64,000 bases of DNA from an uncultured Spirochaetota bacterium. GTDB lineage: Bacteria; Spirochaetota; Brevinematia; Brevinematales; JAOACQ01. Under the pieces are notes generated by a model. That model was not told the DNA's origin. It did not search any database and saw nothing but the letters and a program-made list of their open reading frames with translations. Positions 1 through 10,210 of the stretch are shown piece after piece. The position numbers and the translations under genes are program-made. Numbering within the stretch: position 1 is the first letter of the stretch; every line of letters starts with the position of its first letter. The stretch spans positions 384,001-448,000 of the forward strand of contig CAWAOD010000014.1 in the NCBI GenBank assembly GCA_963783575.1. Reading direction: 5' to 3'.

Positions 1-1692
1 CCATGGATAAATCTGAATGGGTTTAAGGTTGATTTCAGCCTGCGTCTCTACCAATTCAGCGCATTTATTATTTTAGCAGTTTCGGGTTTTTCTTTCCTTG
101 TCACGCTTTATTCTGCGGTTTTTATGAAAGGCAAAGAAAACCTCCGGCAATATTATGCTTTTTTATTGATTTCATTAGCCCTTGTAAACGGGGCCGTTCT
201 GGCAAATAACCTGGTACTGATGCTTTTCTTCTGGGAAGGACTTCTTATAACCCTTTTCGTAATGATTATGTCGGGCGGGAAAACAGCTTTTGCAACCGCA
301 GTAAAAGCTTTTGTTCTTGTCGGAGTTGCGGATTTCTTTATGATTATGGGTATCGCATTGATAGCCTTTCTCACAAAGGGAGAAATGACTCTCGATGTTA
401 TTCAGAAAAATCCTCTCTCAACACAGACTTTACTGGGCGGGTTTGCTTTTGTAATGATAATGCTTGGAGCAATTGCTAAGGCCGGCTCCATGCCCTTTCA
501 CAGCTGGATACCGGATGCGGCAATCGACGCGCCTCTTCCTTTTATGGCATTTTTACCGGCATCGCTGGAAAAACTTCTGGGTATTTACTTTTTAGCAAGG
601 ATCTGCCTGGACATATTCAATCTCAAGCCCGGTTCTCCTATGAGCATATTACTTATGACCATAGGCTCCGTTACAATACTGCTGGCAGTAATGATGGCGA
701 TTATTCAGAAAGATTATAAGAGACTTTTATCATACCATGCTATAAGCCAGGTCGGTTATATGATTCTGGGAATAGGTACTGCAATACCTGTCGGAATAGT
801 CGGCGGTTTATTCCATATGATAAACCATGCTATGTATAAAAGCTGCCTTTTTTTAACCGGCGGTTCCGTTGAAAAACAGGCAGGTACTACCGATTTGAAA
901 GAGCTTGGAGGTTTGGGCAAAAAAATGCCTGTTACATTTACCTGTTTTATTATAGCGGCGGCGGCAATATCCGGAGTACCGCCTTTTAACGGTTTTTTCT
1001 CTAAGGAACTGGTGTTTGACGGCGCTCTTGAAAGCGGATACCCGGTGTTTTATATTTTTGCCTTACTCGGCGCTTTCTTAACAGCCGCATCATTTTTAAA
1101 ACTCGGGCATGCGGCTTTTCTGGGTAAACCGAAGAGAGATTTCAGCAAAGTAAAGGATCCTTCCTGGCCAATGCTTGTACCGATGATCCTAATCGCTTTC
1201 GGATGCATTCTTTTCGGAGTTTATAATGCCCTCCCACTTCATAATTTGATTGAACCTATCCTTGGCTCAAGGCTTGAACACAGCTTTGCAGGCTTGCCTT
1301 CAAACTGGCTTCTTGTCGGTATTTCAGTAGTAGTTTTAATTCTTGCCTTTTTAAACCATCTTTATGGTGTTAATAAAACAAAAAGCGGGATCGGGGCAGT
1401 AGATCATATTCATTACGCTCCAGTTTTATCTTCTATTTATAAAGGAGCTGAAAAGAAGTTTTTTGATCCTTATGATCTGGGAATGATAATTGCAAAGGCT
1501 TTTGCCAACCTGGCTTTCTGGATCGACAGGGCTGTGGACTGGTTCTACAATGTTTTTTGTGTCTGGGCTGCCGAAAAGCTGTCGTTATATATCAGGAAAG
1601 CACAGACGGGTAACCATGCGCTTTACTTATTATATTCAATATTGGGTATGGCTTTAATTATAGTAATTTTTGTTACCGGTTTTAAGTTTTAA
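1..1692 (+). CDS. NuoL/MrpA-like proton-translocating membrane subunit of a group 4 hydrogenase (5' end outside the window)
   Basis: Motifs AKAGSMPFHSWIPDA, KRLLSYHAISQVGY, HMINHAMYKSCLF and GVPPFNGFFSK. Frame 1 is open from base 1 (PWINLNGFKVDF...), so the real start lies upstream of the ORF-track start at 124. Confidence 0.9.
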   Translation, partial: PWINLNGFKVDFSLRLYQFSAFIILAVSGFSFLVTLYSAVFMKGKENLRQYYAFLLISLALVNGAVLANNLVLMLFFWEGLLITLFVMIMSGGKTAFATAVKAFVLVGVADFFMIMGIALIAFLTKGEMTLDVIQKNPLSTQTLLGGFAFVMIMLGAIAKAGSMPFHSWIPDAAIDAPLPFMAFLPASLEKLLGIYFLARICLDIFNLKPGSPMSILLMTIGSVTILLAVMMAIIQKDYKRLLSYHAISQVGYMILGIGTAIPVGIVGGLFHMINHAMYKSCLFLTGGSVEKQAGTTDLKELGGLGKKMPVTFTCFIIAAAAISGVPPFNGFFSKELVFDGALESGYPVFYIFALLGAFLTAASFLKLGHAAFLGKPKRDFSKVKDPSWPMLVPMILIAFGCILFGVYNALPLHNLIEPILGSRLEHSFAGLPSNWLLVGISVVVLILAFLNHLYGVNKTKSGIGAVDHIHYAPVLSSIYKGAEKKFFDPYDLGMIIAKAFANLAFWIDRAVDWFYNVFCVWAAEKLSLYIRKAQTGNHALYLLYSILGMALIIVIFVTGFKF

Positions 1693-1713
1693 TTAATGTC
1701 GGGAGGTTGTTAA

Positions 1714-3162
1714 GTGCAGGCTCTATTTATCATAATTCCTTTTTTTGTTTTATTGATTTTAAATTTACCCTATAAAAAAAACTGGAGGAAATATAGTTTT
1801 TATGTGGGGCTGTTTATAGCTTTATTCCAGATATTATTGTCGCTGACAAGCGGCGCGCTCATCTGGAACAAAATTATTCAGGTATTCCAGATAAATTTTA
1901 TTACTGAGCTTAAGATAGACTATATCAGCCTGGTAGTTTTATTTACAATCGGCCTTATTGCCGGAACAGCTTTATGGGTTGGCAGATTTTTACCGGGAAA
2001 AAACGATCCATCCAGAGATGATTTCAATTTTGTGAATCTCATAATTCTGGCTGTAATGGGAATGAACGGTGTTGTGATGGTAAGGGACCTGTTTTCACTA
2101 TATGTTTTTCTTGAAATTACAGCTGTAGCGTCATTCATTTTAATATCCATCAATCGCGACAAATTTGCATTCGAAGGTGCATTCAAATATCTGATAATGT
2201 CTGCCTTGGCAACGATATTTATGCTTGCGGCAATTGCCCTTATTTTTATGAATACGCAGGACTTAAGCTATGGAGCCGTTAGCGGTTTATTGAAAAATTT
2301 AGGCAATAATCCGAATCCTCAGTTGATTCTGGCTTTAATTTTATTTATTACTGGCTTTTCAATAAAAGCCGGGGTTGTACCTTTTCATGGATGGCTGCCT
2401 GATGCATATTCTTCAGCTTCATCACCGGTTTCGGTTTTTCTTGCAGGAATTGTTACAAAGGTCGCCGGAGTATATACATTAATTAGATTATCATACGACG
2501 TTTTCAATAATAACCCGGCGATCGGAAATATCATGATGCTATTCGGGCTTCTTTCCATAATAATCGGGGCATTCGCAGCAATAGGACAGTCCGATTTCAA
2601 GAGAATGCTCGCATATTCAAGTATAAGCCAGATAGGATATATCATCTTCGCTGCCGGTATCGGAACACCACTGGCATTAACAGGAGCAATGCTTCATTTT
2701 TTCAACCATGCGATATTCAAATCCTCCTTATTTGTAAATTCGGCCGCTGTTGAGAAAGAAGCCGGTACGAGGGATATAAATAAGCTTGGCGGTCTTGCGT
2801 CAAAGATGCCGATAACAGGAGGCACTTCAATAGTGAGTTTTTTATCCACTGCAGGTATTCCGCCTCTTTCCGGTTTCTGGAGTAAATTTATAATAATACT
2901 TTCAGCATGGATTACAGGGTTCCATTCTTATGCCGTTATAGCATTACTTGCCAGCATCCTTACTCTTGTTTATTTCCTTATTCTTCAAAGAAGAGTATTT
3001 TTCGGCAAATTGGCAATCGGTTTCGAGAACATAAAAGAAGGGAATATCGGGGTTACTTTTCCCGCTTTGATTTTATCAGGAATAACAATCCTCCTCGGTT
3101 TGCTCTTTCCTGCTGTTGTTGCATATCTGCAGTCAAACGGATTGCTGAATTTTAATTTATAG
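1714..3162 (+). CDS. MrpD/NuoN/HyfF-like proton-conducting membrane subunit
   Basis: Motifs SLYVFLE, KAGVVPFHGWLPDAY, KRMLAYSSISQIGY and GIPPLSGFWSK; GGGAGG RBS before the GTG start. Confidence 0.9.
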   Translation: MQALFIIIPFFVLLILNLPYKKNWRKYSFYVGLFIALFQILLSLTSGALIWNKIIQVFQINFITELKIDYISLVVLFTIGLIAGTALWVGRFLPGKNDPSRDDFNFVNLIILAVMGMNGVVMVRDLFSLYVFLEITAVASFILISINRDKFAFEGAFKYLIMSALATIFMLAAIALIFMNTQDLSYGAVSGLLKNLGNNPNPQLILALILFITGFSIKAGVVPFHGWLPDAYSSASSPVSVFLAGIVTKVAGVYTLIRLSYDVFNNNPAIGNIMMLFGLLSIIIGAFAAIGQSDFKRMLAYSSISQIGYIIFAAGIGTPLALTGAMLHFFNHAIFKSSLFVNSAAVEKEAGTRDINKLGGLASKMPITGGTSIVSFLSTAGIPPLSGFWSKFIIILSAWITGFHSYAVIALLASILTLVYFLILQRRVFFGKLAIGFENIKEGNIGVTFPALILSGITILLGLLFPAVVAYLQSNGLLNFNL

Positions 3163-3177
3163 TCAGGGGAACTACCT

Positions 3178-3681
3178 ATGAATTTTATTTTAATATTTAT
3201 ATTAATCGTTTTAATACTAGCCGCTTTAGCTTCGATCATGCTTAGAAATCTTTTAAAAGCGGCAATATCACTGGCAGTTGCCAGCGCTTTACTTGCAGCG
3301 GCAATGTTCATTATGGGCGCCTGGCTTGCCTCAGTTATTGAACTGTCAGTTTGCGCCGGATTAATAACTGTTATTTTTATAAGCACAATCAGCTTGACAA
3401 AGCCCCTGTCCAGGAAAGAGGATATTGAGGAAGGCAGAAACCGGATGAAACGTTTTATTTACTTGCCATTCATATTGATTATAGTTTATATTTTACTTAT
3501 CCTTGCCTGGAAAAGAGGATTGATTAATATTAAATTCGATAACATTGCCCAGTCAGGTTTAATTACTTTACGTCAGACAATATGGGAAAAAAGACAGCTT
3601 GATATTGTCGGGCAGATAATAGTAATCCTGACCGGAGTATTCGGGGTTGTAGTTCTATTTAAGGAGCGTGAAGTAAAATGA
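3178..3681 (+). CDS. NuoJ/MnhB(DUF4040)-like membrane subunit
   Basis: Hydrophobic protein with LRNLLKAAISLA...IELSVCAGL and RQLDIVGQ segments; position in the operon. Confidence 0.75.
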   Translation: MNFILIFILIVLILAALASIMLRNLLKAAISLAVASALLAAAMFIMGAWLASVIELSVCAGLITVIFISTISLTKPLSRKEDIEEGRNRMKRFIYLPFILIIVYILLILAWKRGLINIKFDNIAQSGLITLRQTIWEKRQLDIVGQIIVILTGVFGVVVLFKEREVK

Positions 3682-3989
3682 GTCTCGATATTAATTTTTT
3701 TATTTTTTCAACAATAGTTTTATTGTTTGTAACAGGACTGTACTGCCTGCTTTTATCAAAGAATTTATTGCGGATAATTATCGGCCTTGAAGTAATGACA
3801 AAAGGAATAACGCTTTTACTCATAGCAGCAGGTTACTCCAACGGCGGGGGCTTTCTGTCTCAGTCTTTTGTGATTACTTTGATCATAATTGAAGTGGTCG
3901 TGATGGTTGTAGCCAGCGGTATTATCATCGGCGTATGCCGGCTTAATAACTCTCTGGATACCAGCAATCTAAAGAATTTAAAGGGCTAA
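3678..3989 (+). CDS. NuoK/MrpC-like subunit
   Basis: Three hydrophobic helices, KNLLRIIIGLEVM, IIEVVV and a C-terminal NLKG. Confidence 0.85.
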   Translation: MSLDINFFIFSTIVLLFVTGLYCLLLSKNLLRIIIGLEVMTKGITLLLIAAGYSNGGGFLSQSFVITLIIIEVVVMVVASGIIIGVCRLNNSLDTSNLKNLKG

Positions 3990-4000
3990 AGAGGAATTAT

Positions 4001-4321
4001 ATGAAGAACATTTTATTATCACCGCCGGTAGTTTTTATTATATTACTTGCAGTTTCATTTCTATTTTCCGCTTTATTCAGGATTTTTGCTTTTACGGGAA
4101 AAGAATCGCCGGGAAAGACAAAATCATACTCTTGCGGAGAAGATGTTGCAATTAATAAAGTCCAGACCGATTACAGCCAATTTTTTCCATTCGCGTTTTT
4201 CTTCACGATTATGCATGTTGTGGTATTAATGGTTGCAACGATTCCGCTTGGTTTTTCAGTAATGCCCGTTGTTTATATTGTTGCGGCGGTAATGGCGCTT
4301 TCCATATTGTTCAGGAGGTAA
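4001..4321 (+). CDS. NuoA-like membrane subunit
   Basis: KSYSCGE loop followed by FFPFAFFFTIMHV. Confidence 0.8.
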   Translation: MKNILLSPPVVFIILLAVSFLFSALFRIFAFTGKESPGKTKSYSCGEDVAINKVQTDYSQFFPFAFFFTIMHVVVLMVATIPLGFSVMPVVYIVAAVMALSILFRR

Positions 4322-4322
4322 A

Positions 4323-4754
4323 ATGTCGATTCTAAAAAAAATAATAACCTGGGCAAGAATAAAATCTCCCTGGATCATACATTTCAATTCCGGAGCCTGC
4401 AATGCATGCGATATTGAAATTCTTGCTGCATTGACACCGAAGTTTGATGTAGAGCGTTTCGGCGTTCTTTTAAGAGGCACTCCAAGGCATGCCGATGTAA
4501 TGGTTTGTTCAGGTCCTGTAACCCTTCAGACAAAAGACCGTCTTGTTAGAATTTATGAACAGATGGCCGAACCGAAATTTGTTGTTGCAGTTGGAACCTG
4601 CGCGTCTTCCGGCGGAGTTTTTAAAGGCTGCTATGGTGTCTGTGGTGGAATTGATTCCGTTATACCGGTTTCGGCTTACATTCCGGGTTGTCCCGCAAGG
4701 CCGGAAGCAATTATTGACGGTGTTGTCAAGCTCCTTAAAAGCTTGGAAGGATAA
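4323..4754 (+). CDS. Hydrogenase small subunit (NuoB/EchC/MbhJ-like)
   Basis: Motifs SGACNACDIE, PRHAD, GTCASSGG and YIPGCPARPE. Confidence 0.93.
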   Translation: MSILKKIITWARIKSPWIIHFNSGACNACDIEILAALTPKFDVERFGVLLRGTPRHADVMVCSGPVTLQTKDRLVRIYEQMAEPKFVVAVGTCASSGGVFKGCYGVCGGIDSVIPVSAYIPGCPARPEAIIDGVVKLLKSLEG

Positions 4755-4766
4755 TTGGGGGTTTAT

Positions 4767-5243
4767 ATGGAAAAAGCCAGGAACATAGAATTGGATATGG
4801 TAAAGAAATTTGGTTTCCTTGAAGGTAAATTCAAAATCACACGAAGCAGAAGGATATTTCTGGATGTGCCGATGGAAAACTTCATGGATGTTGTTAAATA
4901 TGCTAAAGAGAAAGGATTTGATTGGCTTTGTACAATAACAGGTCTTGATGTTGTTGAAAGTTTTCAGGCAATATATCATTTGACAGATAAAGACGGATGT
5001 TTATTAAACCTTAAAATATCGATTCCAAAATCTAATCCGGTCATTAAAACGATTACCGGAATTTTTGAGAGCGGTGTATATTACGAAAGAGAATTGAAAG
5101 ACCTTCTTGGAATAGAAGTTGAAGGATTACCCGCCGGAAGGCATTATCCGCTTCCGGACAACTGGCCTGCAGGACAGTATCCTTTGAGAAAAGACTGGAA
5201 GAATGAAGATACCTGCGAATGCAAAGATGGAGGTGAAAAATAA
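4767..5243 (+). CDS. NuoC/EchD/MbhK-like subunit
   Basis: Motifs LCTITGLD, YERELKDLLG and YPLRKDW; ATG at 4767 follows GGGGG. Confidence 0.88.
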   Translation: MEKARNIELDMVKKFGFLEGKFKITRSRRIFLDVPMENFMDVVKYAKEKGFDWLCTITGLDVVESFQAIYHLTDKDGCLLNLKISIPKSNPVIKTITGIFESGVYYERELKDLLGIEVEGLPAGRHYPLPDNWPAGQYPLRKDWKNEDTCECKDGGEK

Positions 5244-6457
5244 TGGGAAGAGTAGCAATACCCATTGGACCTCAACATCCCGCCCTTAAAGAACCGGCTA
5301 GTTTTACTCTTTATCTTGAAGGCGAGAGGGTTGCAGCTGCCAATGTTGCACTGGGATATAATCATAGAGGTGTAGAAAAGGCATGTGAAGAGAGAACTTA
5401 TATTCAGGATATTTATTTGATAGAAAGAGTTTGCGGAATTTGTTCGCATTCCCATTCCACCTGCTTTATCCAGGCCGTGGAAGAGGTCGCCGGTCTTGAA
5501 ATACCGAAAAGAGCGGCATATATCAGAACTTTGATCGGTGAACTGGAAAGGATTCATAGCCATCTTTTATGGCTTGGGGTTGCCGGCCATGAATTAGGTT
5601 TTGACACGCTCTTTATGTACAGTTGGCGTGACAGGGAGATTGTTATGGATCTTCTTGCTATGCTTACTGGTAACAGGGTAAATTACGGCATCAATACGAT
5701 CGGCGGAGTTAGAAGAGATATCACTCCGGAGCAGGTCCAGGAAATTCTTAAAGCTGTTGATATTTTAGAAGAAAGAACAAAATACTACATACAGGTTGCT
5801 TATGAAGAAACAACCCTAATTGGAAGGCTTGCCGGGGTTGGAAAGCTCGCGACTGCCGATGCCATTCGTTTCGGAGCTACAGGACCAACAGCCCGCGCAG
5901 CTGAAGTTAATAAAGATGTAAGAAGGGACGATCCCTATGCCGCTTATTCGGAAGTGAGCTTTAATGTGATTACCGATAATCACGCCGATGTTTTGGGAAG
6001 GACGATTGTCAGGGTTAAGGAATTAATGGAAACATTCAGTATAATAAGGCAGGTGTTGAAGCAGCTTCCCGAAGGTCCGATAGCCGTCAGGGCACCCAGA
6101 AAAATCCCTGCAGGTGAAGCAATAAGCCGTTATGAAGCGCCACGGGGTGAAGATGTACATTATGTAAAGGGAAACGGCTCGGAAAAACCTGACCGTGTGA
6201 AAGTACGCGCTCCTACACTGGCCAATCTTACGGCAATAACTCATATGATCGAGGGCGGTTATCTGGCAGACGTGCCGATAGTTATAGCGGCAATAGATCC
6301 ATGTTTTTCCTGCACGGATAGAATGATAGAAATAAACGACCCTAAAAACGGCCAATCATTAATGAATTGGCAGGGTCTGCATGATTACAGCATAAATTGG
6401 TATAAAAACAACGGTATAGATTTTAAGAATATTACTTCATTAAGGGAAGGCAGGTAG
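5243..6457 (+). CDS. Group 4 [NiFe]-hydrogenase large subunit
   Basis: GPQHP, GYNHRG, L1 motif RVCGICSHSH, EAPRGE and L2 motif DPCFSCTDR, followed by a 44-aa tail that is presumably cleaved. Confidence 0.95.
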   Translation: MGRVAIPIGPQHPALKEPASFTLYLEGERVAAANVALGYNHRGVEKACEERTYIQDIYLIERVCGICSHSHSTCFIQAVEEVAGLEIPKRAAYIRTLIGELERIHSHLLWLGVAGHELGFDTLFMYSWRDREIVMDLLAMLTGNRVNYGINTIGGVRRDITPEQVQEILKAVDILEERTKYYIQVAYEETTLIGRLAGVGKLATADAIRFGATGPTARAAEVNKDVRRDDPYAAYSEVSFNVITDNHADVLGRTIVRVKELMETFSIIRQVLKQLPEGPIAVRAPRKIPAGEAISRYEAPRGEDVHYVKGNGSEKPDRVKVRAPTLANLTAITHMIEGGYLADVPIVIAAIDPCFSCTDRMIEINDPKNGQSLMNWQGLHDYSINWYKNNGIDFKNITSLREGR

Positions 6458-6462
6458 TCGAT

Positions 6463-7422
6463 ATGGCGGATATATTACCAAGCATCTTTTCAATTCTTGT
6501 TTTCCCCGGCTTCCTATTTCTGAGTATTTACAGCCTTATTCTTGAATTTATTGACCGGAAACTTTATGCCAGATTTCAGAACCGTGTCGGACCTCCATGG
6601 TTTCAACCGCTGGCAGATTTTATTAAACTTATAAGTAAAGAAACCATTATACCTGCCGATGCCGATAAAAGAATGTTTAAATGGCTTCCTGTTTTTGCTC
6701 TTACAGCGGTTACGACTGCTTTTTTATATATACCGATCTGGAGTACCGGATCGCTGCTTCCCTTTAAAGGCGATGTTATTGTAGTACTTTATCTTTTGAC
6801 CATACCTACTCTGACATTTTTCCTCGGCGGATGGCTTTCTTCATCACTTTTTGCGACCCTGGGTTCTGTAAGAACATTAACCCAGCTTTTCGCTTATGAA
6901 GTCCCTCTGTTTATGGCTATACTAGGCCCTGCGCTTCTTGCCGGCGACGCCGGTAACTGGTCAATCAGCGGAATATCAAAATTTTTCAATACGAACCCGC
7001 TATATCTCCTTTTCAATATCCCTGCTTTCGCTGTGGCTTTGATCGCCGTTCAGGGGAAGCTTGAAAGGGTGCCCTTCGATATGCCCGAAGCTGAAACTGA
7101 AATAGTCGCTGGGGCTTTTACCGAATACAGCGGCAAGCTTCTTGCTATTTTCAGGATGGCCATCGATGTTGAAATGGTTGTTGTTGCGGCTCTTCTTGCA
7201 GCGATTTTTATGCCTTTTTTTGTTACAACAAACGCAATAGTCAATTTTGTTTTGTTTATAATCAAAACATTGATAGTTGTTTTCTTACTCGCCATAATAC
7301 GTTCTTCAATGGCAAGGCTAAGGATAGAACAGATGGTTAAATTCTGCTGGAAGTACTTGACCCCTATCGTTATTATACAAATATTGATTGATTTGATTGT
7401 TAAAGGAGTTTTTAAAATATGA
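6463..7422 (+). CDS. NuoH/EchB/HycD-like membrane subunit
   Basis: Motifs DRKLYARFQNRVGPP, QPLADFIKL and RVPFDMPEAETEIVAGAFTEYSG. Confidence 0.92.
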   Translation: MADILPSIFSILVFPGFLFLSIYSLILEFIDRKLYARFQNRVGPPWFQPLADFIKLISKETIIPADADKRMFKWLPVFALTAVTTAFLYIPIWSTGSLLPFKGDVIVVLYLLTIPTLTFFLGGWLSSSLFATLGSVRTLTQLFAYEVPLFMAILGPALLAGDAGNWSISGISKFFNTNPLYLLFNIPAFAVALIAVQGKLERVPFDMPEAETEIVAGAFTEYSGKLLAIFRMAIDVEMVVVAALLAAIFMPFFVTTNAIVNFVLFIIKTLIVVFLLAIIRSSMARLRIEQMVKFCWKYLTPIVIIQILIDLIVKGVFKI

Positions 7423-7766
7423 GCAGACCGGGAAAAATGATTCCATTTATAATGCGTATGCTTATAAATAAACCTGCTACAGTTCTCTATCCTTACGAAA
7501 CTGTAAAAATACCTGAAAATTTCAGGGGAAAACTGGAATTTTACGCTGATAAATGCATAGGCTGTAAAATGTGCATGAGAGATTGCCCTTCTGATGCGAT
7601 CCTTATTGAAAAGATCGGGGAGAAACAGTTTAAATGCGAAGTTTACCTTGACCGATGTATTTACTGCGGACAATGCATGGAGAGCTGCCCCAAAAAAGCC
7701 CTCAGAAATACAAAGGAATTCGAGCTTGCGAATTATACAAGGGATAAGCTTAAGGTTGAAATCTAA
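7419..7766 (+). CDS. 2x[4Fe-4S] ferredoxin-like subunit (NuoI/EchF-like)
   Basis: CIGCKMCMRDCP and CIYCGQCMESCP. Confidence 0.92.
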   Translation: MSRPGKMIPFIMRMLINKPATVLYPYETVKIPENFRGKLEFYADKCIGCKMCMRDCPSDAILIEKIGEKQFKCEVYLDRCIYCGQCMESCPKKALRNTKEFELANYTRDKLKVEI

Positions 7767-8261
7767 GTGAACATTGATTTTGAAACTGCTATGAAAGACC
7801 GGCTAAAATTTGCAAATAAAGTCGCTATTTTAGGCATCGGTTCGATTATAATGTCGGATGATGCCGCCGGAATCAGGATTGCGGAAAATCTGCAAAAAAG
7901 ATTCGTGGATAAGGAAAAAATAAAAACATATCTCGGCAACACAGCCCCGGAGAACTTTACCGGTGAGATAAAAAATTTTCAACCCGATCATTTGATAATA
8001 ATCGATGCCGCCGACCTTAAAGAAAAACCCGGAAGCATAATGATAATCGATCCGGAAGTTATAGATGGAATTTCTTTCAGTACTCATATGCTTCCATTAA
8101 GAGTGATGGTTGAATATTTGAAAAAAGAAGCCGGTTGTCAGACAACAATACTTGGCGTTCAGCCTGAAAACATTTCCTTCGGTGAGAATTTAAGCCCTTC
8201 CGTAGAAATTGCCGTTCAAGAAATGTCTGATATAATAGGCAACGCTATTCCGGCAGCATAA
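7767..8261 (+). CDS. hycI: Hydrogenase maturation endopeptidase
   Basis: Motifs ILGIGS..MSDDAAG, APENF, IIIDAAD and STHMLPL. Confidence 0.9.
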   Translation: MNIDFETAMKDRLKFANKVAILGIGSIIMSDDAAGIRIAENLQKRFVDKEKIKTYLGNTAPENFTGEIKNFQPDHLIIIDAADLKEKPGSIMIIDPEVIDGISFSTHMLPLRVMVEYLKKEAGCQTTILGVQPENISFGENLSPSVEIAVQEMSDIIGNAIPAA

Positions 8262-8350
8262 TTCTGCATTCAAAATTCATAGAATATAACTTTCTTTCTT
8301 TGCCATTTTATCCATATTCTAATCAAAATTTTAAAAGGGGAAAATATATA

Positions 8351-9007
8351 ATGGAAGGTAGAGAAGTATTTGGAATTTTACGATTCAATAAACTTGAATA
8401 TTTAGAGTCTCTTTTATCTGGAAAATTACATATGAAGTTAGGAAGTTATTATCAACAAGAGATAGAAAATATTAGAAAGGACAATAAAGATTGTATTAGT
8501 CAGTTGTTACAAAAGGATAAAATCACAGTTAAAATTGGAGAGCATATAATTAATTCTGATGATTTAACAAGTCCTGTAATAATAGCTAATTCTTCAGATT
8601 TAAATGTGAAAGTAATGTGTTGTTATGCTATAACAAATGATTTAATTGACAATGGCAAATTGAAATATAATTCAAAAATATTTGAATTTGGTGATTATTT
8701 TATTGTATTTCATAATGCTATTGAATTTACTAATAGAATTCATAAATCTCTTGATAAATCATCTCTAATAAAATGGCATTTAACAGGTAAGTTAATTCAA
8801 TACAAAGATTTTTCTATATATCATGGAAACGTTGGCCCCTTTATTAAGGATAAAGAATATAGTTATCAAAATGAATGGAGATTTGCAATTTATCATGATG
8901 ATAAATCCAAAGCAATAGACTTAGATATTGGAGATATATCTGATATTGCAAGTATTCATAAAACTTGCGATATTGAAAAATTAACAAAAATCACTCATTT
9001 AAATTAA
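8351..9007 (+). CDS. AT-rich hypothetical protein with a DUF2971-like C-terminal motif
   Basis: ATG follows AAAGGGG; contains FIKDKEYSYQNEWRF; visibly more AT-rich than the flanking genes. Confidence 0.65.
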   Translation: MEGREVFGILRFNKLEYLESLLSGKLHMKLGSYYQQEIENIRKDNKDCISQLLQKDKITVKIGEHIINSDDLTSPVIIANSSDLNVKVMCCYAITNDLIDNGKLKYNSKIFEFGDYFIVFHNAIEFTNRIHKSLDKSSLIKWHLTGKLIQYKDFSIYHGNVGPFIKDKEYSYQNEWRFAIYHDDKSKAIDLDIGDISDIASIHKTCDIEKLTKITHLN

Positions 9008-9059
9008 AATCTGAATAGGCATAAAAAAATTAATAATAAGAATCTACCTGAACGAACTT

Positions 9060-9312
9060 GATAGGTATATTATTTTATATTGAGCAAATAGCCTAATATG
9101 AACTGAGTTTATTATAAGCCCTTCGACAAGGCTCTGTGCAGGCTCTGCTCAACAACCGCACATGGACCACAAAAGACAGAAGCGGAACACAGAAACTACA
9201 TAAGGACTCTTCAAGCAACATAAAAACTGTAGCGAACGCAAGTTAGCCATGCCCAAACCATATAAGGCACATGGACGTACCATGATAACTACCCTATAGT
9301 CAAACAGGCCGC
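9060..9312 (+). repeat. ~255-bp non-coding direct repeat, copy 1
   Basis: Aligns by eye along its full length with 9953..10210 (gataggYatattattttatattgagcaa ... aactaccctatagtcaaacaggccgc). Confidence 0.95.
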
Positions 9313-9480
9313 CGGATTCTTTGGCGTCTATTTCAGTTATTGCAATGAAATACACGGAAATCATTTGCAAATCACAACAATAATCTAAAACAAATTTCTC
9401 TAAATCAGTCATTTGAAATCTCCTTTTATTTCCAATTTTATTTAGTAAGATATATAATAAACATAAAAAGGGGGCCTTTT

Positions 9481-9927
9481 ATGGAAGAAAATTTATCTTA
9501 TTTAATTTCAATAAGGAATAATCTTAAAGCGATGTCTACTCAGATTGCACAAAACAATCCAGACTTTGATTTAAGTCTTTGTTTAGAAATGATTTCAGAA
9601 TTTAATCTTAAAATAAAACTTCAAGAGAAAGCTAAAGAATTAATGACAAATATGAATAAAGTTCTTGGTAATTTGGCAATGGATTTTAAAAACAATGATA
9701 ATGAACCGTTAGAATTAAATTTTAAGAAAAGCAATAGAGATTATTTAATATCTTATGATTTTAATAATAATACCAAGGAAGGAGAAATCTGTTTTAGGGA
9801 TATGACAAAAGATAATAGTTTTCCAGCAAATACGCTTTATTTAGGTTTAATCTATGAAGTTGTAAATTTTAATGAGTCTTCAGATATTAGGAATCTCAAC
9901 CTTGATTTACAAAGTAAGCTTCCTTGA
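9481..9927 (+). CDS. AT-rich hypothetical protein
   Basis: 148-aa ORF with an AAAAGGGGG RBS; no family recognised. Confidence 0.65.
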   Translation: MEENLSYLISIRNNLKAMSTQIAQNNPDFDLSLCLEMISEFNLKIKLQEKAKELMTNMNKVLGNLAMDFKNNDNEPLELNFKKSNRDYLISYDFNNNTKEGEICFRDMTKDNSFPANTLYLGLIYEVVNFNESSDIRNLNLDLQSKLP

Positions 9928-9952
9928 TTATTACATAATTATGCAACATAGG

Positions 9953-10210
9953 GATAGGCATATTATTTTATATTGAGCAAGTAGCCTAACATGAGTTGAG
10001 TTTATTATAAGCCCTTCGACAAGGCTCTGTACAGGCTCTGCTCAACATCCACATATGGACACACACAAAAGACAGAAGCGGAACATAAAAACTACATAAG
10101 GACTCTTCAAGCAGCATAAAGACCGTGGCGAACGCAATTTCAACAAGACCAAACCACATATGGCACACACGAACGTGTTATGAGAACTACCCTATAGTCA
10201 AACAGGCCGC
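9953..10210 (+). repeat. ~255-bp non-coding direct repeat, copy 2
   Basis: Same element as copy 1, with scattered substitutions and small indels. Confidence 0.95.

Noticed and set aside
1..7766. Respiratory complex I (nuo operon)
   Set aside because: The large subunit keeps both Ni-binding CxxC motifs and has a C-terminal tail and hycI, so it is a hydrogenase.
9149..10168. Minus-strand ORFs 9149-9412 and 9986-10168
   Set aside because: They overlap the two repeat copies but use different frames and give unrelated peptides, so the repeat is treated as non-coding.
9060..10210. CRISPR array or canonical integron
   Set aside because: There are only two 255-bp units with gene-sized spacers, no cas or intI gene in the window, and the units are not palindromic end to end like attC.
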